Shown one piece after another: positions 49,640 to 59,034 of a DNA stretch of 64,000 nucleotides (within the stretch, counting starts at the first letter, position 1; every line of letters starts with the position of its first letter). Below the pieces are notes generated by a model. It worked only from the letters and a program-made list of their open reading frames with translations. It made no database searches and had not been told where the DNA came from. The stretch lies in assembly GCA_038534155.1 (NCBI GenBank), contig JBCAXH010000006.1:50829-114828 (forward strand), in the 5' to 3' direction. The DNA is from Pseudomonadota bacterium. Lineage in GTDB: Bacteria > Pseudomonadota > Alphaproteobacteria > Rhodobacterales > Rhodobacteraceae. A program made the position numbers and the translations under genes.

Positions 49640-50488
49640 ATGCTTTGCAAGATCGGCGATGTGGAGATCTGGCGCATCCTAGAGATCAACGCGCCATTCC
49701 TGACCCCGGAGGAGCTGTTTCCCCAGGCGGGGCCGGATGTACATGCGGTGTTTGACCAATATGGTCGAGCTCAGCTCGACGTCGCCAGCGGCCGTCTGAT
49801 CCTGCCGGTGCAGGGGTTTTTGTTGAAGACGCCGAAGCACCTCATCCTCGTCGACAGCTGCGTCGGCAATCACAAGACCAACGAAGGCACGCCCGCCTGG
49901 CATCAGCGAAACGACGACCGGTTCATGGCGGCGCTGAAGGCCGCCGGGGTCGGGCCGGACGACGTCGACTACGTCCTCTGCACCCATCTCCATCCCGATC
50001 ATATCGGCTGGAACACGCAGCTGGAGGATGGGCGCTGGGTTCCGACCTTCCCGAACGCCCGCTATCTGATGCCGGCGGCGGACGAGGCGATGCTGAGCGA
50101 TCTCGGCCATGTCATGCATGCCGAGAGCGTGGCGCCGGTCATCGCGGCGGGGCAGGCGGAGCTCGTCTCCGGCGAGCATGCGCTGGGGGACGAGGTGACG
50201 TTGGTTCCGACGCCGGGGCATTCGCCCGGTCATGTCTCCGTCCTGATCCGGTCAGCGGGGGCGGAGGCGGTGATCACGGGGGATGCGCTGCACACGACGG
50301 TGCAGTGTCGGCGCCCCGATTGGGAGTTCGTCTATGATCTCGACGGGGCGATGGCGGTCGCGTCCCGCAAGAGACTTCTGGAGGATGCGTCGGAAAGCGG
50401 TCGGCGCGTGCTCGGCAGCCATTTCTCCCTGCCTTCCATAGGCCGGGTGAAAGCGGACGGCGATGTCTTCAAGTGGGAGCCGGACTGA
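49640..50488 (+). CDS. MBL-fold metallo-hydrolase
   Basis: RBS AAGGAG, ATG 49640; LVDSCVG, CTHLHPDHIGWN (HxHxDH), TPGHSPGH, TGD.LH. Confidence 0.9.
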   Translation: MLCKIGDVEIWRILEINAPFLTPEELFPQAGPDVHAVFDQYGRAQLDVASGRLILPVQGFLLKTPKHLILVDSCVGNHKTNEGTPAWHQRNDDRFMAALKAAGVGPDDVDYVLCTHLHPDHIGWNTQLEDGRWVPTFPNARYLMPAADEAMLSDLGHVMHAESVAPVIAAGQAELVSGEHALGDEVTLVPTPGHSPGHVSVLIRSAGAEAVITGDALHTTVQCRRPDWEFVYDLDGAMAVASRKRLLEDASESGRRVLGSHFSLPSIGRVKADGDVFKWEPD

Positions 50489-50492
50489 GGCG

Positions 50493-51188
50493 TCAGCCCG
50501 AATAGGTCTCGTCCAGCGAATAGCCCGCCGCGCGCACCGTGCGGATTGGGTCGCTGTCACCGCGCCTGTTGAGCGCCTTTCGAAGCCGTCCGACGTGCAC
50601 GTCCACCGTTCGCGCTTCGACATAGACGTCGCGGCCCCAGACCATGTCCAAGAGCTGCTCACGGCTGAAGACCCGGCCCGGACGGCGGAGGAGGCAGTCG
50701 AGGAGAGCGAATTCTTTCGGTCCGAGCCGCACTTCGCGCGCCCCGCGGCGCACGCGGCGGGTCTCCCGATCCAGAATGATGTCGCCGAAGGTCGCGGCGT
50801 CGCCCGCCACGCCAGGGCGCGCGCGGCGCAAGACGGCGCGGACGCGGGCGATCAGCTCCGACATGGAGAAGGGCTTCGTCAGGTAGTCGTCCGCCCCGGT
50901 GTCGAGGCCGCGGATGCGGTCGTCCTCTTCCCCGCGCGCCGTCACCATGATGATCGGCAGGTCGCGCAATTCGGCGCGGGAGCGGATGCGGCGGCAGATC
51001 TCGACGCCGGAGACGCCCGGAAGCATCCAGTCGAGCAGCATGAGGTCGGGCGCGTCTTCGTCCAGCGACACCATCGCTTCGTCGCCGTCCGCGCAGACGC
51101 GGACGTCGTATCCCTCCTGGGTCAGGTTGTATTCGAGAAGCGCGGCGAGCGCCTCTTCATCCTCGACGACTGTGATGCGCGCGACCAT
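50493..51188 (-). CDS. phoB: Phosphate regulon response regulator PhoB
   Basis: PDLMLLDWMLPGVSG.E.CRR, GADDYLTKPFS, WG....VE.RTVDVHVGRLRKAL; last gene of pst operon. Confidence 0.96.
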   Translation of the reverse strand: MVARITVVEDEEALAALLEYNLTQEGYDVRVCADGDEAMVSLDEDAPDLMLLDWMLPGVSGVEICRRIRSRAELRDLPIIMVTARGEEDDRIRGLDTGADDYLTKPFSMSELIARVRAVLRRARPGVAGDAATFGDIILDRETRRVRRGAREVRLGPKEFALLDCLLRRPGRVFSREQLLDMVWGRDVYVEARTVDVHVGRLRKALNRRGDSDPIRTVRAAGYSLDETYSG

Positions 51189-51200
51189 GATGAAGCCCTG

Positions 51201-51899
51201 TCAGTGATGTCCCAGATCAAGCGGGTCGCCTTTCGGGCGGTCGTCGCCGAGCGGCTCGCCCTTGGCGACGTAGTAGATCATCTCCGCCACATGGGTCGTG
51301 TGATCGCCGATTCGCTCCACGTTCTTGGCGATGAAGAGGAGCTGGGAGGCGAGCGAGATCGTCCGCGGATCCTCCATCATGTAGGTGACGACTTCGCGGA
51401 ACATCGCGTTGTACGCCTCGTCGATCTCCACGTCGCGGCGCCAGACGGCGACGGCGGCGTCGACGTCGCCCTTTACATAGGCGTCCAGCACCTCGGTCAG
51501 GTGGCGCTGCGCCTGACGTCCCATGCGGACGACGGATCCGGAGATGTGCAGGGGATCGCTGCCTGAGAGCGCGATGCCGCGCTTGGCGATGTTCTTCGCC
51601 AGATCGCCCACCCGCTCCAGCGTAGTGGAGAGCTTCATGGCCGAGATCGTCGCGCGGAGATCTTGCGCCATGGGCTGACGGCGGGCGATGAGCTGGGTCG
51701 CAAGCCGCTCCACCTCGAACTCCAGCGCATCGAGGCGCTTGTCCTTGGCGATAACTTCCTGCGCCAGCGTCTCGTCCCGCTTCTCGACGCTGTCGAGCGA
51801 AAGGGAGAAGAGCTGTTCGGCGAGGCCGCCCATTTCCGAGATGCGCGCGCGCAACTCTATCAGATCTTCATCGAATGATGTGACGATATGATCGCCCAT
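51201..51899 (-). CDS. phoU: Phosphate transport regulator PhoU
   Basis: HIVTSFDE.L, RQPMA.DLR, LERVGDLAKNIA, ERIGDH.T.VAE. Confidence 0.96.
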   Translation of the reverse strand: MGDHIVTSFDEDLIELRARISEMGGLAEQLFSLSLDSVEKRDETLAQEVIAKDKRLDALEFEVERLATQLIARRQPMAQDLRATISAMKLSTTLERVGDLAKNIAKRGIALSGSDPLHISGSVVRMGRQAQRHLTEVLDAYVKGDVDAAVAVWRRDVEIDEAYNAMFREVVTYMMEDPRTISLASQLLFIAKNVERIGDHTTHVAEMIYYVAKGEPLGDDRPKGDPLDLGHH

Positions 51900-51910
51900 G
51901 TATCTGTTCC

Positions 51911-52744
51911 TTACCCGAAGCGCCCGGTGATGTAGTCTTGGGTGCGCTTGTCGGAGGGGTTGGTGAAAATCACGTCCGTCGCGTCGTATTCGACCATGAT
52001 GCCAAGGTGGAAGAAGGCCGTCTTCTGGCTGACGCGCGCCGCCTGCTGCATCGAGTGCGTGACGATGACCACCGCGTAGTTGTTGCGCAGCTCGTCGATC
52101 AGCTCCTCCACCAGCGCGGTGGCGATGGGGTCGAGGGCGGAGCAGGGCTCGTCCATCAACAGCACCTCCGGCGCGGTCGCGATGGCGCGCGCGATGCAGA
52201 GACGCTGCTGCTGGCCACCTGAAAGGCCGGTGCCGGGGGCGTCGAGGCGGTCCTTCACCTCATCCCAGATCGCGGCGCGGCGGAGCGAGGTCTCGACGAT
52301 CTCGTCGAGGTCCGACTTGTTCGCTGCGAGACCGTGGATGCGCGGCCCATAGGCGACGTTGTCGTAGATCGACTTCGGAAACGGGTTCGGCTTCTGAAAG
52401 ACCATGCCGACGCGGGCGCGAAGCTGCACCGGGTCGACGTTCCGGTCGTAGATGTCGGAGCCGTCTAACTGGATATCTCCGGTCACCTTGCAGATGTCGA
52501 TCGTGTCGTTCATCCGGTTGAGGCAGCGTAGGAAGGTCGACTTGCCGCAGCCCGACGGGCCGATGAAGGCGGTGACGGCGTTGTTTTCGATATCGACGCT
52601 CACGTCTTTGATGGCGTGAGTATCGCCGTAGAAGACGTCCACGTTCTTGGTGTGGACCTTGATGTCGCCATCGACATGGGCGCGGGCGGCGTCGAGCATC
52701 TCGTCGTCTCCTGAAAGATTGGGGGTCGCGTCGTCCATCATCAT
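51911..52744 (-). CDS. pstB: Phosphate ABC transporter ATPase
   Basis: [58 protein letters not shown]. Confidence 0.97.
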   Translation of the reverse strand: MMMDDATPNLSGDDEMLDAARAHVDGDIKVHTKNVDVFYGDTHAIKDVSVDIENNAVTAFIGPSGCGKSTFLRCLNRMNDTIDICKVTGDIQLDGSDIYDRNVDPVQLRARVGMVFQKPNPFPKSIYDNVAYGPRIHGLAANKSDLDEIVETSLRRAAIWDEVKDRLDAPGTGLSGGQQQRLCIARAIATAPEVLLMDEPCSALDPIATALVEELIDELRNNYAVVIVTHSMQQAARVSQKTAFFHLGIMVEYDATDVIFTNPSDKRTQDYITGRFG

Positions 52745-52751
52745 GTCCCTC

Positions 52752-54569
52752 TCACCACCGGCGCTCGAAGCGTTTGCGCAGGATGATGGCGATTATGTTC
52801 ATGATGACGAGGAAGGCGAGCAGGACGACGATCGCCATCGCCGTTTTCGCCTCGAAGGCCCGCTCCGGGAAGTCGGACCAGCGGAAGATCTGCACCGGCA
52901 AGACGGATGCGCTGTCAGTGATCCCCTGCGGAATGTCCACGATGAAGGCGACCATGCCGATCATGATGAGCGGCGCGGTCTCCCCCAGCGCCTGCGCCAT
53001 TCCGATGATGGAGCCGGTGAGGACCCCTGGCATCGCCAGCGGCAGGACATGGTGGAAGGTGCATTGCAGCTTGGACGCCCCGACGCCGAGCGCGGCGTCG
53101 CGGATCGATGGCGGCACGGCGCGGATCGCGGCGCGGGAGGCGATGATGATCGTCGGCAGGGTCATCAGCGCCAGCACCATGCCGCCCGCGATGGGCGCGG
53201 AGCGGGGGACGAAGCCGCCGATCTCTATCGTCCGGCCCCAGATCTCGAACTCGACGCCCGCGACGAAGATCGCGAGGCCGAGAAGACCGAAGACGATGGA
53301 GGGGACTGCGGCGAGGTTGTTGATGTTCACCTCGACGAAATCGGTGAAGCGGTTCTTCGGCGCGAACTCCTCAAGATAGATCGCCGCCGCGACCCCGATG
53401 GGGAAGGCGAGGAAGAAGGTCACGAGCATAGTGAGCATCGAACCGACCATCGCGCCCCAAAGACCCGCCTGCTCCGCCTCCCGGCTGTCGCCGGAGGTGA
53501 AGAAGCGCCAGTTGAAGACCTGCTCGGTCGCCTGGCCTTCTTTCAGCATCTCCAGCCAGACGACCTGTTTGTCGGAAACTTTCCGGCCGTTCTCCGGCAG
53601 GTGCATCACGTGCAGGACCCATTCGCCCGGCGCGGCGACCGTGTCCGCGACCATCGGCGCGATCACCTCGCCGACGATGGCGTCGGGGGAAACGGAGGTC
53701 GCGCGGATCCAGCCGCCATTGGCTTCGATCAGAAGGCTCGGCGTTTCCTCATTCAGTTCTTCGTCGCCGCCGGGACGGAGGGCGCGGTTCTCCAAGTCGT
53801 CCGCCTTGGCCGTCAGCGCATCGCGCTGCACGGCGTAACCGGAGGCGGAGGCGAGGATCTGGTTCCGCTCCTCCTCCGTCAGGCTGGGCTCGCGCGCGCG
53901 CTCGGTGAAGACGACGCGGCCGTTCTCCTGCCGCGCGGCGGCTTCGCGGGTGCGCTGCGCCTCGATGAGGAGGAGCGCTTTGACCTCCTCCAATTCCGCC
54001 GTGAAGTCGTTGGCGGTGGAGAAGAGCCGAACTTCGCCGCCGACCTCCGTCGCCTCGCCTTCTATGGTGAGGGCGCCGTTCGTGGCCTCTGACGTCAGTT
54101 CGCCGAAGAAGCCCTTCAGGTATAGGTCCGCGTCGTCGGAGAGCAGCATCGGCATCGGCGCGGTGCGGCCGAGAAGCGAGCGATCGGCCTCGGTCGCGTC
54201 CTGCAGCTCGAAGGAGGCGGCGGTCGAGATCAGCCCGTAAAGCTCCCGCCGGTCGCCGCGGGATGTGACGAAGGGGAAGACCTCCTTCATCGTGTCCTTC
54301 ATCAAGCCGGAATAGTTACCGTCCGTCGGGTCCTCCTGACTGATCTTGGAGGAGGAGAAATCGACCGGGACGGTCACGTAATGCTCCGTCAGCGCGCCCG
54401 CCGCCTTGTAAAAGACTGAGGAGAGCAGCGTCACCAGCGCCAGCGCGGCGAGGACGATCGCGGCGATGCCATAGGCTTTCAGGCGCACCTCCGCCCAGCG
54501 GCGGCGCTTGACGCGGTCAGCCGAGGCGGCGGAGCCGTGGAGCGTGGTGAGGGCTGTCATATCGACCAT
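52752..54569 (-). CDS. pstA: Phosphate ABC transporter permease PstA with enlarged periplasmic domain
   Basis: [28 protein letters not shown]...[10 protein letters not shown]; 605 aa. Confidence 0.93.
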   Translation of the reverse strand: MVDMTALTTLHGSAASADRVKRRRWAEVRLKAYGIAAIVLAALALVTLLSSVFYKAAGALTEHYVTVPVDFSSSKISQEDPTDGNYSGLMKDTMKEVFPFVTSRGDRRELYGLISTAASFELQDATEADRSLLGRTAPMPMLLSDDADLYLKGFFGELTSEATNGALTIEGEATEVGGEVRLFSTANDFTAELEEVKALLLIEAQRTREAAARQENGRVVFTERAREPSLTEEERNQILASASGYAVQRDALTAKADDLENRALRPGGDEELNEETPSLLIEANGGWIRATSVSPDAIVGEVIAPMVADTVAAPGEWVLHVMHLPENGRKVSDKQVVWLEMLKEGQATEQVFNWRFFTSGDSREAEQAGLWGAMVGSMLTMLVTFFLAFPIGVAAAIYLEEFAPKNRFTDFVEVNINNLAAVPSIVFGLLGLAIFVAGVEFEIWGRTIEIGGFVPRSAPIAGGMVLALMTLPTIIIASRAAIRAVPPSIRDAALGVGASKLQCTFHHVLPLAMPGVLTGSIIGMAQALGETAPLIMIGMVAFIVDIPQGITDSASVLPVQIFRWSDFPERAFEAKTAMAIVVLLAFLVIMNIIAIILRKRFERRW

Positions 54570-54580
54570 GATCGCCGTCC

Positions 54581-55957
54581 TCAGTCGTACATTTCGCGGT
54601 AGCGCCGCACGATGCGCAGCGCCACGAAGTTCAGGCCGAGCGTCACGCAGAAGAGCGTGAAGCCTAGGGTGAAGGCGGGGCCGGAGGCCGTCGCGGCGTC
54701 CGTATCGCCGGTGATCAGCATGACGATCTGCACCGTCACCGTCGTCACCGCCTCAAGCGGGTTCGCGGTCAGGTTCGCGCCCTGTCCCGCCGCCATGACG
54801 ACGATCATCGTCTCTCCAATGGCGCGGGAGACGCCGAGAAGGACAGCGGAGACGACGCCCGGCAATGCGGCGGGCAGGACGACCTGCCGGATCGTCTCCG
54901 CCTTCGTCGCGCCGAGGCCGTAGGAGCCGTCGCGCAAGGACTGCGGGACGGAGTTGATTACGTCGTCGGAGAGGGAGGAGATGAAGGGGATGATCATGAT
55001 CCCCATCACGATCCCGGCGGCGAGCGCGCTTTCAGAGGCGACGGTGAGCCCGATGCTCTCCCCCGCGCCGCGGATGAACGGCCCGACGGTAAGTGCGGCG
55101 AAGAAGCCGTAAACGACGGTCGGGATGCCAGCGAGGATCTCCAGCATCGGCTTCGCCACGCCGCGCACGCGGGGGGAGGCGAAGTCGGAGAGATAGATCG
55201 CGGCGAGAAGGCCGATGGGCGTCGCCACCAGCATGGCGATCAGCGTGATCATCATCGTGCCGGCGAAGAGCGGGATCGCGCCGACCTTCTCCGGGTCCAT
55301 CGAGCCCGCCTGCACGCCGGAGAGCGGGGACCAGTTCAGGCCGAAGAGATAGTCGAAGACGCGCCAGTCGATCTTGCCGAAGAAGTTCAGCGTCTCGCCG
55401 ATCAGGCTGAGGACGATGCCGATGGTCGTCAGGATCGCGATGATCGCGGAGGCGAGCAGCACGTAGACGATGATCCGCTCGGACCGGTTCCGCGCCCGCC
55501 ATTCGACGGCGATCTGCTTCTGCGTCAGCAGAAGGGCGCCAGCGGCGGCGCCGACGCCGAGGAGGAGAACGGCCCATAGCCGCATGTTCTCCATCGAAGC
55601 GTAGCGCTCGGAAAGCGATAGACGCAGCGCATCCGACTGGCTGGCGATGTCGCCGCTGGCGAGGGCGATGGCGTCGGAGAGGATCAGCTCGGCCTGAATG
55701 TTCGACAGGGTGGGTTCCGCCTCGAAGATCGCGCCCATGAGGCGGCTTTCGATCAGCGCCGCGCCTAGAAGGGCGATGACGAAGATTACGGCGAAGCCGG
55801 TCAGACCTACCCAGAGCGCGCTGTAAAGCCCGTGATAGCCGGGGCGCGAATGGAGGGAGGCGTAGTCGCCGCCAGCCGCCATCGTCGCGCGGGAACGCGC
55901 GGTCAGAAAAGCCGCCGCCGTCAGAAGAACGACGATGAGGAGCGCCATCTGGGTCAT
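54581..55957 (-). CDS. pstC: Phosphate ABC transporter permease PstC
   Basis: KPMLEILAGIPTVVYGFFA, LG.SRAIGETMIV.MAAG. Confidence 0.95.
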   Translation of the reverse strand: MTQMALLIVVLLTAAAFLTARSRATMAAGGDYASLHSRPGYHGLYSALWVGLTGFAVIFVIALLGAALIESRLMGAIFEAEPTLSNIQAELILSDAIALASGDIASQSDALRLSLSERYASMENMRLWAVLLLGVGAAAGALLLTQKQIAVEWRARNRSERIIVYVLLASAIIAILTTIGIVLSLIGETLNFFGKIDWRVFDYLFGLNWSPLSGVQAGSMDPEKVGAIPLFAGTMMITLIAMLVATPIGLLAAIYLSDFASPRVRGVAKPMLEILAGIPTVVYGFFAALTVGPFIRGAGESIGLTVASESALAAGIVMGIMIIPFISSLSDDVINSVPQSLRDGSYGLGATKAETIRQVVLPAALPGVVSAVLLGVSRAIGETMIVVMAAGQGANLTANPLEAVTTVTVQIVMLITGDTDAATASGPAFTLGFTLFCVTLGLNFVALRIVRRYREMYD

Positions 55958-56064
55958 GGGTGTCTCTTTGAAAGAGAAAAGGGCCTAAGAGCGCCGTTCG
56001 CCCGCGAAATATGCGGCGGCGGGAGGAGTGCGGCGCGCGCCGGTCAGCGCGCGCCGCCTGAACC

Positions 56065-57045
56065 TTAGTTCAGTTTCGCTTCCGTCATCGGGTCCAGCGC
56101 CATGACGTTGGTCAGGTTGGCGGAGAACTCGTCAGCCGGCAGCGGGATCAGGCCCTTGTCGACGAGGTAGCCTTCGTCGCCAGCGGCTTCGTCGGAGGAG
56201 AACTCAGCGACGTACTCCATGATGCCGGGAACGACGCCCACGTGCTCTTTCTTCACGTAGAAGTAGAGCGAGCGGGAGACCGGGTAGTCGCCGGAGGCGA
56301 TCGCGTCGAAGGACGGCTCGACGCCGTCGACCGTGGCGCCCTGCAGCTTGTCGGCGTTCTGGTCGAGGAAGGAATAGCCGAAGACGCCGAGGGCGTTCGG
56401 GTTCGCTTCGAGCTTGGAGACGATCAGGTTGTCGTTCTCACCGCTCTCGATGTAGGCGCCGTCTTCGCGGATGGAGATGCCGTCGCATTCGATGCCGGCG
56501 CCTTCGCAGCCTTCTTCCATAACGAGCTCTTCGAACGCGTCACGGGTGCCGGAGGACGGCGGCGGGCCGAGGACTTCGATCTTGATCGCGGGAAGCGACG
56601 GGTCGATGTCGGACCACATGGCCGGCTTCGGCCCCTGCTCGGCGAGCGCGGTGACGATCTGCTCGCGGGTCAGCGCGAAGGCCGGGGAGCCCTTGGCGTT
56701 GGCGACGACGATGCCGTCGAAGCCGACTTTGCTCTCGACCGGCGTCACGCCGTTCTCGGCGCAGAGCTTGATCTCTTTCGCCTTGATGCGGCGGGAGGCG
56801 TTGGTGATGTCCGGATGGTCGACGCCGACGCCCGCGCAGAAGAGCTTCAGACCGCCGCCGGAGCCGGTGCTCTCGACGACCGGGGTCTTGAACTCGGTGG
56901 TCTTGCCGAAGGTCTCGGCGACCGCGGTGGAGAACGGAAAGACGGTGGACGAACCGACGATGCGGATCTGGTCGCGGGCCTCGGCGGCGCCGGCGACGCC
57001 AATGGCCGCGGCGACGGCCGCAGCGGCGAAAATACGGGTGGTCAT
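56065..57045 (-). CDS. pstS: Phosphate ABC transporter substrate-binding protein
   Basis: Signal peptide, IRIVGSSTVFPF, ESTGSGGG, NASR, SGTRD.F, YP.SR.LYFYVK. Confidence 0.95.
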   Translation of the reverse strand: MTTRIFAAAAVAAAIGVAGAAEARDQIRIVGSSTVFPFSTAVAETFGKTTEFKTPVVESTGSGGGLKLFCAGVGVDHPDITNASRRIKAKEIKLCAENGVTPVESKVGFDGIVVANAKGSPAFALTREQIVTALAEQGPKPAMWSDIDPSLPAIKIEVLGPPPSSGTRDAFEELVMEEGCEGAGIECDGISIREDGAYIESGENDNLIVSKLEANPNALGVFGYSFLDQNADKLQGATVDGVEPSFDAIASGDYPVSRSLYFYVKKEHVGVVPGIMEYVAEFSSDEAAGDEGYLVDKGLIPLPADEFSANLTNVMALDPMTEAKLN

Positions 57046-57147
57046 GGATTCAGCTCCAGGTTGCTCGCTTGCACTCGAGACGAGGGCGGAGGCCCTTCTC
57101 TCGGGACGTTTCCTAGCCGTCGGCGAGCACGGGTCTATGAAGCGACG

Positions 57148-57165
57148 GCATCACTTTTGTGACAG
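57148..57165 (-). promoter_or_regulatory. Putative PHO box upstream of pstS
   Basis: Minus strand CTGTCAC-AAAA-GTGATGC: one strong and one weak heptamer at 11-bp spacing. Confidence 0.5.
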
Positions 57166-57235
57166 TTTATCTATCTGATTCTTTGAGAATATTTCGAATC
57201 TCGCAGCGTTTCCAGCGAAGGAATCGACCTGCTTC

Positions 57236-58480
57236 TTAACGAATCTGGCCGACTTCCGGGAACCAGACCGTGAAGGCCGACCCCTCGCCGTTAGCGGAGC
57301 GGATCGAGAGATCGCCCCGGTGGCGCTGCAGGATGTGCTTCACGATGGCGAGGCCGAGCCCGGTGCCGCCGACCATGCGGCTGCGCGCGGCGTCGACGCG
57401 GTAGAAACGTTCGGTCAGGCGGGGGAGGTGTTCGCGCGGGATGCCGGGACCGTCGTCCTTGATCGTAAGGCCGACCATGCCGGGCCATTCCGGTTGCGGC
57501 TCCGCCAGCGTCACATCCACGCGCGCGCCCTCGCCGCCGTATTTCACCGCGTTGTCCATCAGGTTGGTCAGAAGCTGCGAAAGCTGGTCCCGGTCGCCTG
57601 CGATGCGCGCGCCCGTCTCCGGGGCGGCGACATGGATCTCCGCCGCCGCCGCCCGCGCCAGCGGCTCCATCGCCGCCGCCGTTTCATGGGCGAGGGCGCA
57701 AAGGTCGACGGTTTCGCGCGGGCGCACATGGACGTTCATCTCGATCCGGTTCAGCGACATCAGATCGTCCACCAGACGGCGCATCCGGTCCGCCTGCTGC
57801 GCCATGATGCCGAGAAACTTCTCCCGCGCGCCCGCATCGTCCTTCGCGGGCCCCTGAAGCGTCTCGATGAAGCCGATGATGGAGGCGAGAGGCGTCTTAA
57901 GCTCATGGCTGGCGTTGGCGATGAACGTCTCGCGCACCGCTTCGAGGCTCCTGGCGCGGGACTGATCATCGAACTGGATCGCCGCGACCTCGCCGAAGAT
58001 CGGATGGGCCGGGACGTAGCGGATGCGGGCCAGCATCTCCCGCTCGTCCTTCGACTGGCGGTGCATGAAGGCGAGATCGTCGTCGGCGCCGGTCTCCAGC
58101 GCCCGCTCCGTCGCCTCAAGAAAGTCGGGCGAGCGGATCAGGGTCGACAGGCGCCCATCCGACCCGATGGCCCCGAAAACGGCGCGGGCCTCGTCATTGG
58201 CGACGCGCACGCGGAGCGATCTGTCGACCAGGAGCACGGGCGCGGGCAGGCGCATCAGGGCCGGCGCGTCGACCGCGCGCGTCGGCGCGGCGGGATTGGC
58301 CGGCGCATCGTCCAGCGGCGTTTGGGCGTCCCTGCGGGCGGCGAAGAACGCGCCGAGAAAGGCGCCGAGCGCGGTGGCGACGCCGAGACCGAGCGCCCCC
58401 GCGTCCGCCGCATAGGCGAGCGCTGAGGCGAGCGCCGCGGCGGCGGCGGCGAAGATCGCGGTGCGCAGGGCCTGGTCCAT
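57236..58480 (-). CDS. phoR: Phosphate sensor histidine kinase PhoR
   Basis: FIANASHELKTPL..I.GFIETL, NLMDNAVKY, G.GI..EHLPRLTERFYRVD, GGTGLGLAIVKH. Confidence 0.92.
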   Translation of the reverse strand: MDQALRTAIFAAAAAALASALAYAADAGALGLGVATALGAFLGAFFAARRDAQTPLDDAPANPAAPTRAVDAPALMRLPAPVLLVDRSLRVRVANDEARAVFGAIGSDGRLSTLIRSPDFLEATERALETGADDDLAFMHRQSKDEREMLARIRYVPAHPIFGEVAAIQFDDQSRARSLEAVRETFIANASHELKTPLASIIGFIETLQGPAKDDAGAREKFLGIMAQQADRMRRLVDDLMSLNRIEMNVHVRPRETVDLCALAHETAAAMEPLARAAAAEIHVAAPETGARIAGDRDQLSQLLTNLMDNAVKYGGEGARVDVTLAEPQPEWPGMVGLTIKDDGPGIPREHLPRLTERFYRVDAARSRMVGGTGLGLAIVKHILQRHRGDLSIRSANGEGSAFTVWFPEVGQIR

Positions 58481-58569
58481 CCGCGCCGCTTACACTAGCG
58501 GGTGCGGCGATAGAAGCAGCATTGTCTTCGTTAAAAGGTCATATATCTAAAGCGCGCGAACAGGGGCAG

Positions 58570-59034
58570 ATGATGATCCGCTACGACCTGAAGTGTTGTG
58601 AAGGCCATGTCTTCGAGGCGTGGTTCGCTTCCTCCGCCGCTTTCGACGAGCAGGCGGACCGGGGTCTTGTGACCTGCGCGATCTGCGGGACGACGAAAGT
58701 CGAAAAGGCGCTGATGGCGCCGCGCGTGCCGGCGAAGTCCAACCGCAGGGCGGCGGATGCTCCCGGGCCTGCGCCCCAATCCAATGGCCAGCCGATGATG
58801 TCGGCGCCGGTCCCGCCGGAGATGGCGGAGAAACTGTCGGAACTGCGCAAGACGGTGGAGGCGAACTCCGACTATGTCGGGAAGGATTTCGCCAGCGAAG
58901 CCCGGAAAATCCATCTGGGCGAGACCGAAGCGCGGTCGATCTACGGCGAGGCCAGCGGCGAAGAGGCGAAATCGCTGATGGAGGACGGGGTGCCCGTCGC
59001 GCCCTTGCCCTTCATGCCGAAGCGGAACGGCTGA
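58570..59034 (+). CDS. DUF1178 family protein
   Basis: MIRYDLKC..GH.FEAWF.SS..FD.Q...GLV.C..CG...V.KALMAP, YVG..FA.EAR.IH.GE...RSIYGEA. Confidence 0.9.
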   Translation: MMIRYDLKCCEGHVFEAWFASSAAFDEQADRGLVTCAICGTTKVEKALMAPRVPAKSNRRAADAPGPAPQSNGQPMMSAPVPPEMAEKLSELRKTVEANSDYVGKDFASEARKIHLGETEARSIYGEASGEEAKSLMEDGVPVAPLPFMPKRNG

